From NCBI GenBank assembly GCA_046308575.1, contig JBKDYW010000189.1, positions 1 through 54,755 of the forward strand: a DNA stretch of 54,755 nucleotides. Direction: 5' to 3'. A program made the translations under genes and the position numbers. The DNA is from Verrucomicrobiota bacterium (GTDB lineage Bacteria; Verrucomicrobiota; Verrucomicrobiia; Verrucomicrobiales; Akkermansiaceae). Shown here one piece after another: positions 37,987 through 47,781 of this stretch (within the stretch, counting starts at the first letter, position 1; every line of letters begins with the position of its first letter). Under the pieces are notes generated by a model. It saw only the letters and a program-made list of their open reading frames with translations, made no database searches and was not told where the DNA came from.

Positions 37987-39330
37987 ATGCCATCACAAAA
38001 GGTCGAGAATCCTCTTATTTTCGCAAGCGTCAGGTTCTCTTTATTCAAGCGTCTCATAATCTTAACGCTCGCCCTCGATACGGCGACTTCGCTCGCAACC
38101 GCCGAGAAATCAGCACCGCTAAAAGGCATCGAAATTGCACAAGAGGCAAATGCACAGAGCCTTACCCAAAAAAAAGATAACGGTCTTCGGGTGCTCATTC
38201 TCACCGACTCAATGGGAATGGGTGGCTTTGGCCCTAAAATCGACGAATGCTTTCGTTCCTGCCCCGGCGTCAGCGCGGTTCACACGATCATGGCATGCGG
38301 AACTAATCCGCTCTCATGGATGAAACCAGCCCCATACCGTACGGCCACCACACGCTGCGGTTTTTGGAGCATCGAAACGGTCGCCGGCAAAAACCAGCCC
38401 CAACAGGTACAAAACTACTATGGAGCCAAAAGAGGATCCCGTCCAAAGCCTCACAGGATACCCAAATTGGAAGACCTTGTACCCTCGATCAAACCCGACA
38501 TACTCATCATACAAAACGGCAACAATTTTTTCGGCACCTTCAAAAAAGGCAATAAAGTCAACCCCGATCGCAACGGACCTATCATCAGGGCGCATGTGAA
38601 CCCCATGATCAAATGGCTCACGCAGAATGCACCCAGCGTCAAAAGGCTTTACTGGGTCACGCCTCCGCAGGCGGGAAATGTCACCCCTGAAGTTCAGGCC
38701 TTTATTCATGACATCATTGCCGAATGCCTGGGTCAGATAGGTCTCACGATCGATAGTCGCAAAATCACAAGTTATCCTTACAAGGGTCAGGCAAGGGATA
38801 AAATGCACTTCGGCGGCAAGGCCGCACTCGATTGGGGGCGCGACACTTTTCGCATCATCGCAGAGGACCTCGCACAAAACGACATCTCTAACATGCAACC
38901 GATCACCTCGGTCTCACAAAATCAAGAAACGCCGACTAGTGAACTGGAACAAAATCAGGTCAATTCCCTCTGCCTCAAAGTTCGGCTCAAAACCGCAAGC
39001 AGCATCCCCAATCGCAAGAGCTTCGCACCTTACGGCGAATGCATGGTCGCCTACCTCTACGAAGTCATTGAGGTGATGTCTGGCCAATACGATGGCAAGG
39101 AACTGCTCATCTACCACCCGGCATACATCAAAAATGTCCAACAGGACCTTTCGAGATTCAAAAAAAACAAGGACCTCGAACTTTCCGTCACCGAACTCAA
39201 AGACGAATCCCTTTGGGCCACCGTCACACAAAATGACGAAGTTGGCGCAGCCGATCACACCCCATACATACTCTGCGAAGATGTGAACAGACATCCCAAC
39301 AGCGACAACTGTCCAGATTGCGACCCATGA
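37987..39330 (+). CDS. SGNH/GDSL-like hydrolase/acyltransferase with an extra C-terminal domain
   Basis: Signal/TM segment, LILTDSMG (block I), QNGNN (block III), YWVTPP and DKMH (block V). Confidence 0.7.
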   Translation: MPSQKVENPLIFASVRFSLFKRLIILTLALDTATSLATAEKSAPLKGIEIAQEANAQSLTQKKDNGLRVLILTDSMGMGGFGPKIDECFRSCPGVSAVHTIMACGTNPLSWMKPAPYRTATTRCGFWSIETVAGKNQPQQVQNYYGAKRGSRPKPHRIPKLEDLVPSIKPDILIIQNGNNFFGTFKKGNKVNPDRNGPIIRAHVNPMIKWLTQNAPSVKRLYWVTPPQAGNVTPEVQAFIHDIIAECLGQIGLTIDSRKITSYPYKGQARDKMHFGGKAALDWGRDTFRIIAEDLAQNDISNMQPITSVSQNQETPTSELEQNQVNSLCLKVRLKTASSIPNRKSFAPYGECMVAYLYEVIEVMSGQYDGKELLIYHPAYIKNVQQDLSRFKKNKDLELSVTELKDESLWATVTQNDEVGAADHTPYILCEDVNRHPNSDNCPDCDP

Positions 39331-40124
39331 TAAAATTATCCAGCCATACAGTAAAAAACCACTTCTGGGTCGGTTGCCTCGCATTATCGCTGTGCATGGG
39401 GTGCGCCTCATCCAGCCATGCACAATTCACCGGCAAGCTTTCAAAAAACTCCAAAATACTGGTCATAGGTGATTCATTAACCGTTGGCCCCTTTGGCGAC
39501 TTCATGCAGGAATGGCTGTTCTCAAATCTGCCGCAAAGCCAAATTGCAATTTACGCTGCCTGCGGCTCATCACCGGAGCACTGGATGTCCAACAAGCCAG
39601 AGTTCATAAGCCCCTGCGGATATCGTGAAACCACACCCAGCAGCAAAATACTTACCAAATACGAAAACGGTAGAAAGCCTGTCCCCACAGCTACGCCTAA
39701 AATCGAAACATTGCTCATGAAATTCAAACCCGATGTGCTCATAGTCCAACTAGGTACCAACCACTTCGATACACTTGAAAAGGATGGGGATAAAGCCATA
39801 CCAGAACTGCAAAAAATCTACAGACAATTCAGCCAAAGCATAATCGCCAACAAAGGGAACCTAAAAATGGTCTATTGGATTACCCCGCCGGATGCTTCAA
39901 AGTACCCAGCACACATCAAGACGAAGGTTCAAAAAATCATTGGAGAAAACAACCGCAACCATGGTTTTCGCGACTTTTATTCATATGAAAAAATACCCTA
40001 CTCAAAAGGCCTTTCCGGCTCTGACGGAGTTCACCTGAATAAGGAAGCTTCGCGCATCTGGTTTAGTAAAGTTAAAGTAGAATTCAGTAAAGAGCTGAGA
40101 AACAGGGGCCTAACGCTCAAATAA
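39327..40124 (+). CDS. SGNH/GDSL hydrolase family protein
   Basis: Signal peptide, LVIGDSL, QLGTN, YWITPP and DGVH. Confidence 0.85.
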   Translation: MIKLSSHTVKNHFWVGCLALSLCMGCASSSHAQFTGKLSKNSKILVIGDSLTVGPFGDFMQEWLFSNLPQSQIAIYAACGSSPEHWMSNKPEFISPCGYRETTPSSKILTKYENGRKPVPTATPKIETLLMKFKPDVLIVQLGTNHFDTLEKDGDKAIPELQKIYRQFSQSIIANKGNLKMVYWITPPDASKYPAHIKTKVQKIIGENNRNHGFRDFYSYEKIPYSKGLSGSDGVHLNKEASRIWFSKVKVEFSKELRNRGLTLK

Positions 40125-40140
40125 TCTGATCAGTCGTTCC

Positions 40141-41589
40141 ATGGTCTTCAGCTCGCATCTGTTCCTGTTTGTGTTCCTGCCGCTCGTGCTAGCAGGATAC
40201 TACGCGATGCCCACAAAAGGCAGATCGGCATTTCTCACCGTCTTCAGCTACATTTTTTACGGCTGGGCCAATCCGCTTTTCGTCTTACTGATGCTGCTAT
40301 CGACCGCTATCGACTACTTTGCCGGTAGAGCGATCGCCATGGGCGATCCGCGAAACTTCGGCGGAGTTTTTCATCCGCTTGATGAGAACGGCCCGAGAAG
40401 CCGAATACAAAAAACAGCCCTCTGGGCAAGCATTACCAGCAATCTCTGCCTCCTCGGTTTCTTCAAATACTACAACTTCGGCATCGAAAACATATCAAGA
40501 GCTTTCGAATGGCTCGGATGGGGCCCGATCAGTGACACCCATGTGCTACACGTCGTGCTGCCGCTAGGCATCAGCTTCTACACCTTTCAATCGATGAGCT
40601 ACGCGATCGATGTCTACCGGGGGCATGCCAAACCGCTAAAAAGTTTCGTTGATTTCGCCTGTTACATCTCACTCTTTCCACAACTAGTCGCGGGCCCGAT
40701 CATTCGCTATCAGGATGTGGCCGATCAACTACTCACTCGCAGCCACAACCTCGCCAAATTCTCACGTGGCATCGCATTTTTTTCCATCGGACTTGCTAAA
40801 AAAATCCTTATCGCCAACCCCTGCGGTCGCATCGCCGATACCGTGCACAACAGCGCCTCGATCACATGCCTCGACGCATGGACTGGCTTGTTCGCCTACT
40901 CGTTTCAAATCTACTTCGACTTCAGCGGATACTCCGACATGGCCGTTGGACTAGGCCTGATGCTTGGCTTTGTCTTCATCCGCAATTTCGATTCGCCCTA
41001 CCGCTCCAAAAGCCTCACGGAATTCTGGCAAAGATGGCACATCAGCCTTTCAACATGGTTGAGGGACTATCTCTACATTCCACTTGGCGGAAACAGGAAA
41101 GGTCCAGCACGCACATACATCAACCTCATTCTAGTCATGCTCATCGGCGGATTGTGGCACGGCGCAAGTTGGAACTTCCTAATCTGGGGCGGCATGCACG
41201 GCATATGGCTTGCATTCGAAAGGTTCTGCTCAAAAAACGCATCTATTTCCATTCCCAAGCTGCTGCGCTGCCCGCTTACCTTTATTTTTGTGTCCATCAT
41301 GTGGATCCCGTTTCGCTCACCGGACCTCGATTCAGCTCTCAATTACGCTTCAAGCCTGTGGCCTTCAAGCTCCACAAGCACCGGACTCATCAGCGCCGCT
41401 ATCAACACCCCTTATCTTTTGATGAGCCTTATCGCAGCGTTCATGGTGACATTTGCGGGCATCAACTCATGGTCATTCACCCGACATCTTAGCTCATGGA
41501 AACTCGCCATGTGCGCTATATTCCTCATCACCTCCGCCATCGCTCTGGCATGCCAGACATACAATCCCTTCATCTATTTTATTTTCTGA
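40141..41589 (+). CDS. MBOAT O-acyltransferase (AlgI/PatA/DltB family)
   Basis: MVFSS.LFL, LPLGISFYTFQ, FPQLVAGPI, YFDFSGYSDMA, FWQRWHISLS, GLWHGA and C-terminal PFIYFIF. Confidence 0.95.
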   Translation: MVFSSHLFLFVFLPLVLAGYYAMPTKGRSAFLTVFSYIFYGWANPLFVLLMLLSTAIDYFAGRAIAMGDPRNFGGVFHPLDENGPRSRIQKTALWASITSNLCLLGFFKYYNFGIENISRAFEWLGWGPISDTHVLHVVLPLGISFYTFQSMSYAIDVYRGHAKPLKSFVDFACYISLFPQLVAGPIIRYQDVADQLLTRSHNLAKFSRGIAFFSIGLAKKILIANPCGRIADTVHNSASITCLDAWTGLFAYSFQIYFDFSGYSDMAVGLGLMLGFVFIRNFDSPYRSKSLTEFWQRWHISLSTWLRDYLYIPLGGNRKGPARTYINLILVMLIGGLWHGASWNFLIWGGMHGIWLAFERFCSKNASISIPKLLRCPLTFIFVSIMWIPFRSPDLDSALNYASSLWPSSSTSTGLISAAINTPYLLMSLIAAFMVTFAGINSWSFTRHLSSWKLAMCAIFLITSAIALACQTYNPFIYFIF

Positions 41590-41605
41590 GAACAAGCCAC
41601 CGCCC

Positions 41606-43285
41606 ATGCCCGAAAACGGTAAAATAAATCCTGCCATGATGGGACGCCTCGAGCGTGAAGCGATTGAGGAAATCGCAGCTACCCGAATTGGTAAGGCTGG
41701 CGCATTCGCCATCACGCTCACATTTTTGCTGACGCTCGCCATAGTATTTATTGTCGATGCCCGCAATATCGCAAGTTTAGGCAAAGCCGAAATCCAAACT
41801 TCGGCCACCTATTCATCAGACAACAAGAATGCTGCTGGCTTCATAAAAAAAACATTCAACAATATCATTGCATTCAATGGCAATCTCGTGAGCTGGAAAT
41901 CGACTGTGGAGAATCAACTGTTCGAAAAATCCATCGTCGTTAAAATAATGCAACCTCTCGGCCAGGCTGTTTTAACGAGTATGGGAGAGGGCGCGAAGGA
42001 TGTGATGGTTGGCAAGGATGGATGGCTTTTTCATCGACCATCCTTTGATTTGCTCACCAAAAAAACTGCCAATTTATCGAGTAACCTCAATGGCCCCCAA
42101 GCTTCGATCACAGCCATATCGGAATTAGCCAAGACACTTCGTGAGCGCGGCATCAGCCTTACCATCATGCCGGTTTGGCCCAAATTATCGGTACAACCGG
42201 AATATTTTGTCGGACCAAGCGAAGTCAAATACAATCTAGTGAAACCTGCATGGTATGAATCATGGTCGGCCGAGGTTAAAAAAACGGGCGTCTATCTCCA
42301 CGATCCCGCCGACTCGATTCGAGAAGCAAAAGCGGCTCAAAAAGGGGTAGCCTATCTGAGGACTGATAGTCATTGGAACTCGATCACAATGATGACATGC
42401 GCCCGAAATCTTGCGGATGACCTGGTGGCCAACAAATACATCACGCGCGGATCTCATAAATCCCTCGCGGCAGAACGCAAAATCACTAACGAAGGCGACC
42501 TCGCACGGATGCTTCGCCTACCCGACAAGTGGCTAAATTTCACTCAAGAAGAAACAGTCATCAGCGAAGTTAGGACTGGATCCAAAGAGCGCTGGCTGCC
42601 ATCCCGCCAATCGCCCGTTCTACTCTTGGGCGACAGCTACTCGAACATCTTCAGCCTCAAAAGCATGGGTTGGGGCGAAGATGGGGGCTTTTCCGAACAC
42701 CTTGGTGCAAACCTAGGATTTCCAGTCGACTGCATCCTACGAAATGGCGATGGCGCTCATGCGACAAGAGCAGAACTCTCAGCCGAACTCGCACGCGGCA
42801 ATGATCGGCTCCTAGGAAAAAAAATGGTTGTATGGCAATTCTCTGCATCGGAACTCACCGCGGGAAATTGGAAGCCCATGACATACCAGTTAGGAAAACG
42901 CACTAACTCCGAAGAATACCTAGAAATCGCCGCAGGCGAATCGCATAAAACAAGCGCCACTGTAACATCCATGGGCCCCGTTCCGCACCCGACATCCACT
43001 GTCTACAAGGATTATGTCGGTTTTTTTGAACTAGAAATGATTTCGGATACAGCCCATCCGATGGCAAAAGGAACAAAGGTTTTTGCCTTCGGACTGGTCA
43101 TCAATGATCACAAATGGACGCAACTAGCAGGCCTGCGTCCGGGCCAAAAAATTAGCGTCACGCTAGGCTCATGGGTTGATGCCGAAACCGAATTCGGTCG
43201 CCACCAAAGGGCCGAGCCAGATGGCGAACTTGCCTTACAGCCACCAAATTGGATAAGACAGGTCGAACCAGCCACTGAACCATGA
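41606..43285 (+). CDS. AlgJ/AlgX-like SGNH O-acetyltransferase with a C-terminal domain
   Basis: TM anchor, GKDGWLF, P-x-K, RTDSHW, GDLARM and LLGDSY. Confidence 0.85.
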   Translation: MPENGKINPAMMGRLEREAIEEIAATRIGKAGAFAITLTFLLTLAIVFIVDARNIASLGKAEIQTSATYSSDNKNAAGFIKKTFNNIIAFNGNLVSWKSTVENQLFEKSIVVKIMQPLGQAVLTSMGEGAKDVMVGKDGWLFHRPSFDLLTKKTANLSSNLNGPQASITAISELAKTLRERGISLTIMPVWPKLSVQPEYFVGPSEVKYNLVKPAWYESWSAEVKKTGVYLHDPADSIREAKAAQKGVAYLRTDSHWNSITMMTCARNLADDLVANKYITRGSHKSLAAERKITNEGDLARMLRLPDKWLNFTQEETVISEVRTGSKERWLPSRQSPVLLLGDSYSNIFSLKSMGWGEDGGFSEHLGANLGFPVDCILRNGDGAHATRAELSAELARGNDRLLGKKMVVWQFSASELTAGNWKPMTYQLGKRTNSEEYLEIAAGESHKTSATVTSMGPVPHPTSTVYKDYVGFFELEMISDTAHPMAKGTKVFAFGLVINDHKWTQLAGLRPGQKISVTLGSWVDAETEFGRHQRAEPDGELALQPPNWIRQVEPATEP

Positions 43286-44292
43286 TTTTATCCCCCGTCT
43301 CCAAACACTGCTTGCTACTCATCCATTCCTGTTTCTTGTTTGCGACAAACGCGCAGGTTACAGGCTCCACCAACACTTCGCCACTGCCCGAACTTCCAAA
43401 CACTACCATCAACGCAGATAGCCAAACAGTGAGAGGCCGTGATGGATGGTTTTTTCTCCGTACGGAAATCGAGCATCTTTCGACTGCACAAAATCAAATT
43501 CCGCGCGCGGCGGATTCACCAGCAATCGTAGAAATACGAAATTACGCTGAGGCGCTCAAAGCTCTTGGGATCAAATTGGTTCTCATGCCCATTCCCGAAA
43601 AATCCCTCATACGCATGGACGGCTTGGTCGATTTATCTACATTGCCCGATGCAAAAGGATACTCGAGAGCTACCCGCGCCTACCTGGAGGAACTGAATAA
43701 AAGCGGAATCGAAGTCATTGATCTTTACGACAAGTTAACTCAAACAAGTGACCCTACATATTGCAAAACCGATTCGCACTTCACGCCTAAATCCGCCGTC
43801 CATATAACCCAATGCTTGATCCGGACCATCGCCGACCGAATGCCTGAAATCCCAATTGGAAACAAATTCGCAGACCTTGAATCGCAGTCTAGCGTAACTC
43901 AAATCACGATCAAAGGCGATCTCGCGGGAAATGAAGCTGCAGAAATTATTGATCTCTATACAGCCCCGAAATTCGCATCTGCCATCAACCGGCCCGGAAC
44001 CATCACCAAGTCCCCCATACTCCTGATGGGCGACAGCCACTTACTCGTTTACAGTCAAGGCGACGATATGCATGCGACCGGTGCGGGCATTGTCGACCAT
44101 TTGACCCCAGCCCTAGGCTACTCGCCTGATGTAATATCCACCAAAGGAGATGGCATCAACGCTGTGCGCATCAAACTTTATAGGGATATGAAAAAAAATC
44201 CCGACCTACTCAAAGACAAGAGGGTCATCATCTGGTGCTTTGCCGCGAGAAACTTCAGCCAACAGGAATGGAAAGCGGTGAAGCTCCGCTGA
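43282..44292 (+). CDS. AlgJ/AlgX-like SGNH O-acetyltransferase
   Basis: Signal peptide, GRDGWFF, PIPEK, KTDSHF, GDL and LLMGDSH. Confidence 0.85.
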   Translation: MILSPVSKHCLLLIHSCFLFATNAQVTGSTNTSPLPELPNTTINADSQTVRGRDGWFFLRTEIEHLSTAQNQIPRAADSPAIVEIRNYAEALKALGIKLVLMPIPEKSLIRMDGLVDLSTLPDAKGYSRATRAYLEELNKSGIEVIDLYDKLTQTSDPTYCKTDSHFTPKSAVHITQCLIRTIADRMPEIPIGNKFADLESQSSVTQITIKGDLAGNEAAEIIDLYTAPKFASAINRPGTITKSPILLMGDSHLLVYSQGDDMHATGAGIVDHLTPALGYSPDVISTKGDGINAVRIKLYRDMKKNPDLLKDKRVIIWCFAARNFSQQEWKAVKLR

Positions 44293-44349
44293 CTCGCGTC
44301 AGCTGACCAAACGAAACCATAAATTTGACACCTCCAAGACAAAATTCGG

Positions 44350-47300
44350 ATGCCTCTACTTTTGAAAACCCTCGCCACGCATGAATCGCTCATTGCTCAC
44401 GCGCTTGGCGATAAGGACTCACTCCACTTCCGGTTTTTCAAGGGCGGCCACCTTCATTCGATTCGCCATAGCAATGACCTGATGGTCAATCTCCGCTTCG
44501 GCTGCCCGCTTGCGGGGTCGATGCACCATGTGGCGCTGGAACTTACCGAACCCGATGGCCCGCGCGTGATCACGCTGATCGGCCCAGGATCCGAAGCCAG
44601 CTTCTCAATCACTGATGACCATGCCATCTGGACTCATGCCGATGAGCAAATGGAGATCACGGCCATCATTTCTTTGAAATCTGATGGCAATGGCTGGGAC
44701 ACGGAAATTACCGTCAAAAATCACCGTAAGACTCCCATCGCATGGCGCGTGCTTCATGGCCTTGATATCGGCCTCACCTCGCCTGCCGCAGCACGCAACA
44801 ACGAGTCGTACACCAGTCAGTACATTGATCACCATCCGCTAGATCATCGGAAATTCGGCAAGGTGATCGCCAGTCGCCAAAACCTGAAGGTGAACGGCAA
44901 GAACCCCTACCTGATCCAAGCCTGCGAGCAGGGCTGCGACGAATTTGCAACAGACGCCAGCCAAGTGTTTGGCTCGATGATCAATCGGCATCATCATCCT
45001 CTTTGTCTCGGTTCGAATGCCATCCGCCTCCCCGGTCTCAAGCAAGCCGAGTCGTCCTACGGCGCGCTGCTCAGTCGCACGATCCATACAAATCAGAACG
45101 CAAGCGGCACCTGCCGATTCACTGCAGCATTCTTCACCGATCACCCGAAACCAACAAGTTCTGCCGACCTCTCGCTGATTTCATTCCCAAAAAATCCGCA
45201 GCGCGATGCAACACCCACGAGTACCGGTGAATCATGCCGAACCCTGTTTCATCAGCCCGCCGTTCTCCACGGAGAAAATTTCAATGAGTCTGATCTTAGA
45301 AAATTTTTCCCCGATGATTGGGACCTCGTCGAACGCGATGAGAACGGCCAACTTCATTCGTTTTTCCTCAAGCACGGCACCAGCCATGTCGTGACACGCG
45401 CGAAGGAAGCACTTGGACCACGCCCGCACGCCCACATCCTTCGCTCCAGCGCTGGCGATTTTCCGAATGCCTCGCAATTGAGCACCACCGTACTGATGGC
45501 AGGATGTTTCAATTCGCTGCTGAGCAGCGGCCATTCGTCCTTTCATCGACTGCTGTCATTTCCACGCGAAACCCATGGACTCACTCCATCGACCGGCCAA
45601 CGGGTATGGATCCGCATCAACAACACATGGCAAGTCCTCGGAGTGCCATCGTGCTTCGCAATGTCAATCAACGAGGCCCGCTGGATCTATCAACTCGCAT
45701 CACGCACCATCGAAATCACGGTTTCCGTCGACCCCACCCGATCATCCTGCAACACAAGCATCAACATCCTGTCCGGTGATCCCGTCGAGCTTCTCATCAC
45801 CCATGGCCTGATCGCCGGAATCAACGAGTACGACGAAACCGCCGAATTGGAAATCGACTCGCAATCCGCCAGTGCGATCATCCGCGCCAACCGCGAAGGG
45901 CTTTTTCGCAAGGAAGATCCGGAGGCGTATTTCACGATACGCGCCAAAGACCCGGCATCCGTCGCATCATTCGGCGGAGCCGAAAACTTCGGTGGCGAGT
46001 CTGACCATGCGATGCTCGTGATGCAAACCTGCGCCGCAAACTCTTTCGAAATCGAAATCGAAGGCCACAGCCAACTCGCAAGCGAATCGACGGAAAAATC
46101 AAGTTGGCTCGACGATTCACGGAAGCTTGGTCTGGTTCACGAACATCACGCCATCACGCGGATGAACCACATCCTGCCATGGTTCATCCACAACGGCATG
46201 ATCCACCTGACAGTTCCGCACGGCATCGAGCAATACAATGGCGGTGCATGGGGCACACGCGATGTCACGCAAGGATCCGTGGAAATGCTGCTGGCACTCG
46301 GGCGTCATGAAAGTTGCCGCGAAATCATTCTGCTGACTTACCGTCACCAGTTCATCGGCGAAAACAATTGGCCGCAGTGGTTCATGACCGATCCATTCGG
46401 CTGGATCCAGCAAGCCCACTGCCACGGCGACATCCCGCTCTGGCCGCTCAAGGCACTCTGCGATTACATCGAAGCAAGCGGTGACTTTGCCATCCTCGAC
46501 GAACAGGTCGCATGGACCCAACCCGGCAGCGCACAACCCACCAAGGAAACCTCGCCGCTCATCGAACATGTCGCCGCCAACATTGCATGGCTGCGCGAAC
46601 ACTGCGTGCCAGGCACCGCATTGCTCCGCTACGGCGATGGCGACTGGAATGACTCGCTGCAACCGGCAAAACCCGAATTCCGCGAACGCCTCGTGAGCTC
46701 TTGGACAGTCGCCTTGTGCTACCAAGTCCTGCGCCGACTCGAAGATCTCTCACGCCAATCGAAGCGCAAATTTCCAGGACTCGATGGCTTTGCTGATGCC
46801 GTCAAAGCCGACTGCCACCGTCACCTAATGATCGATGGCACCATCTGCGGATTTTTCCTGTTCGATGAAAATTCAGCCTCATCGGGACAACCTCTGCTCC
46901 ATCCGGATGACAAGCTCACCGGCATTCATCACAGCCTCATTCCGATGACACGCTCGATGCTTGGAGGACTCTTCTCCAATGAGGAGGCTAAACATCACCT
47001 CTCGCTGATCGAAGAACACCTGCTCGCCGCCGACGGTGCACGACTCATGGATCGCCCACCCGCCTATCGCGGCGGCATCTGCGAAATTTTCCAACGCGCG
47101 GAACTCAGCTCCTGCTTCTCGCGCGAGATCGGCATCTTTTACACCCACGCCCATCTGCGATTCATCGAAACGATGGCACACCTCGGCAGGGCCGATGCCA
47201 TGCTCACGGCCTTTGGCATGGTGAATCCCGCCGACCTCAAATCATCCGGCAGCAACGCCTTGCCGCGCCAAGCGAATGCCTATTTTTCTAGCTCCGACGC

Positions 47301-47718
47301 GGATGTTGCATCGCGCTACGAGGCAGCCGAGCGCTACGATGAAATCGTCTCAGGAAAAATCGGCGTGCATGGTGGTTGGCGCATCTATTCTAGCGGCCCT
47401 GGGATTTTTCTCAGCCTTGTGCTCACGCGCATGCTCGGCATCCGCCGGCATTACGGACACATCATCATCGACCCGGTGCTGCCTCGCGAACTCAACGGGC
47501 TGGAGGCGACCATCCCATGGGCAAACCACTGGCTCACTGTCCGCTTTGATGTCCGCAACGCGACGCACACACCGAGTAAGGTCAGCCTCAATGGCAGCGA
47601 ACTCAAACCCGCCAAACTCACCGAGAACCCGTACCGCCAAGGCGGCTGGATGATCGATGCCGACACATTCAGCAAGCACCTTCAGACCGATCACAACCTG
47701 CTCGAAATCGCGTTATAA
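44350..47718 (+). CDS. GH94 glycoside phosphorylase, 1,2-beta-oligoglucan phosphorylase-like
   Basis: 1122 aa; NESYTSQYIDH, PHGIEQYNGGAWGTRDV, WPQWFM, YGDGDWNDSLQP and GWRIYSSGPG. Confidence 0.8.
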   Translation: MPLLLKTLATHESLIAHALGDKDSLHFRFFKGGHLHSIRHSNDLMVNLRFGCPLAGSMHHVALELTEPDGPRVITLIGPGSEASFSITDDHAIWTHADEQMEITAIISLKSDGNGWDTEITVKNHRKTPIAWRVLHGLDIGLTSPAAARNNESYTSQYIDHHPLDHRKFGKVIASRQNLKVNGKNPYLIQACEQGCDEFATDASQVFGSMINRHHHPLCLGSNAIRLPGLKQAESSYGALLSRTIHTNQNASGTCRFTAAFFTDHPKPTSSADLSLISFPKNPQRDATPTSTGESCRTLFHQPAVLHGENFNESDLRKFFPDDWDLVERDENGQLHSFFLKHGTSHVVTRAKEALGPRPHAHILRSSAGDFPNASQLSTTVLMAGCFNSLLSSGHSSFHRLLSFPRETHGLTPSTGQRVWIRINNTWQVLGVPSCFAMSINEARWIYQLASRTIEITVSVDPTRSSCNTSINILSGDPVELLITHGLIAGINEYDETAELEIDSQSASAIIRANREGLFRKEDPEAYFTIRAKDPASVASFGGAENFGGESDHAMLVMQTCAANSFEIEIEGHSQLASESTEKSSWLDDSRKLGLVHEHHAITRMNHILPWFIHNGMIHLTVPHGIEQYNGGAWGTRDVTQGSVEMLLALGRHESCREIILLTYRHQFIGENNWPQWFMTDPFGWIQQAHCHGDIPLWPLKALCDYIEASGDFAILDEQVAWTQPGSAQPTKETSPLIEHVAANIAWLREHCVPGTALLRYGDGDWNDSLQPAKPEFRERLVSSWTVALCYQVLRRLEDLSRQSKRKFPGLDGFADAVKADCHRHLMIDGTICGFFLFDENSASSGQPLLHPDDKLTGIHHSLIPMTRSMLGGLFSNEEAKHHLSLIEEHLLAADGARLMDRPPAYRGGICEIFQRAELSSCFSREIGIFYTHAHLRFIETMAHLGRADAMLTAFGMVNPADLKSSGSNALPRQANAYFSSSDADVASRYEAAERYDEIVSGKIGVHGGWRIYSSGPGIFLSLVLTRMLGIRRHYGHIIIDPVLPRELNGLEATIPWANHWLTVRFDVRNATHTPSKVSLNGSELKPAKLTENPYRQGGWMIDADTFSKHLQTDHNLLEIAL

Positions 47719-47781
47719 AACGGCACATCGCGCAAATCCATTTGCCCGCGCCGCCATGCAGGCTTAAACAATCCGCAAGCC

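Noticed and set aside
37885-44349. Integrative mobile element carrying the acylation genes
   Set aside because: No integrase, transposase, tRNA target or flanking direct repeats were found. Only a compositional shift supports foreign origin.
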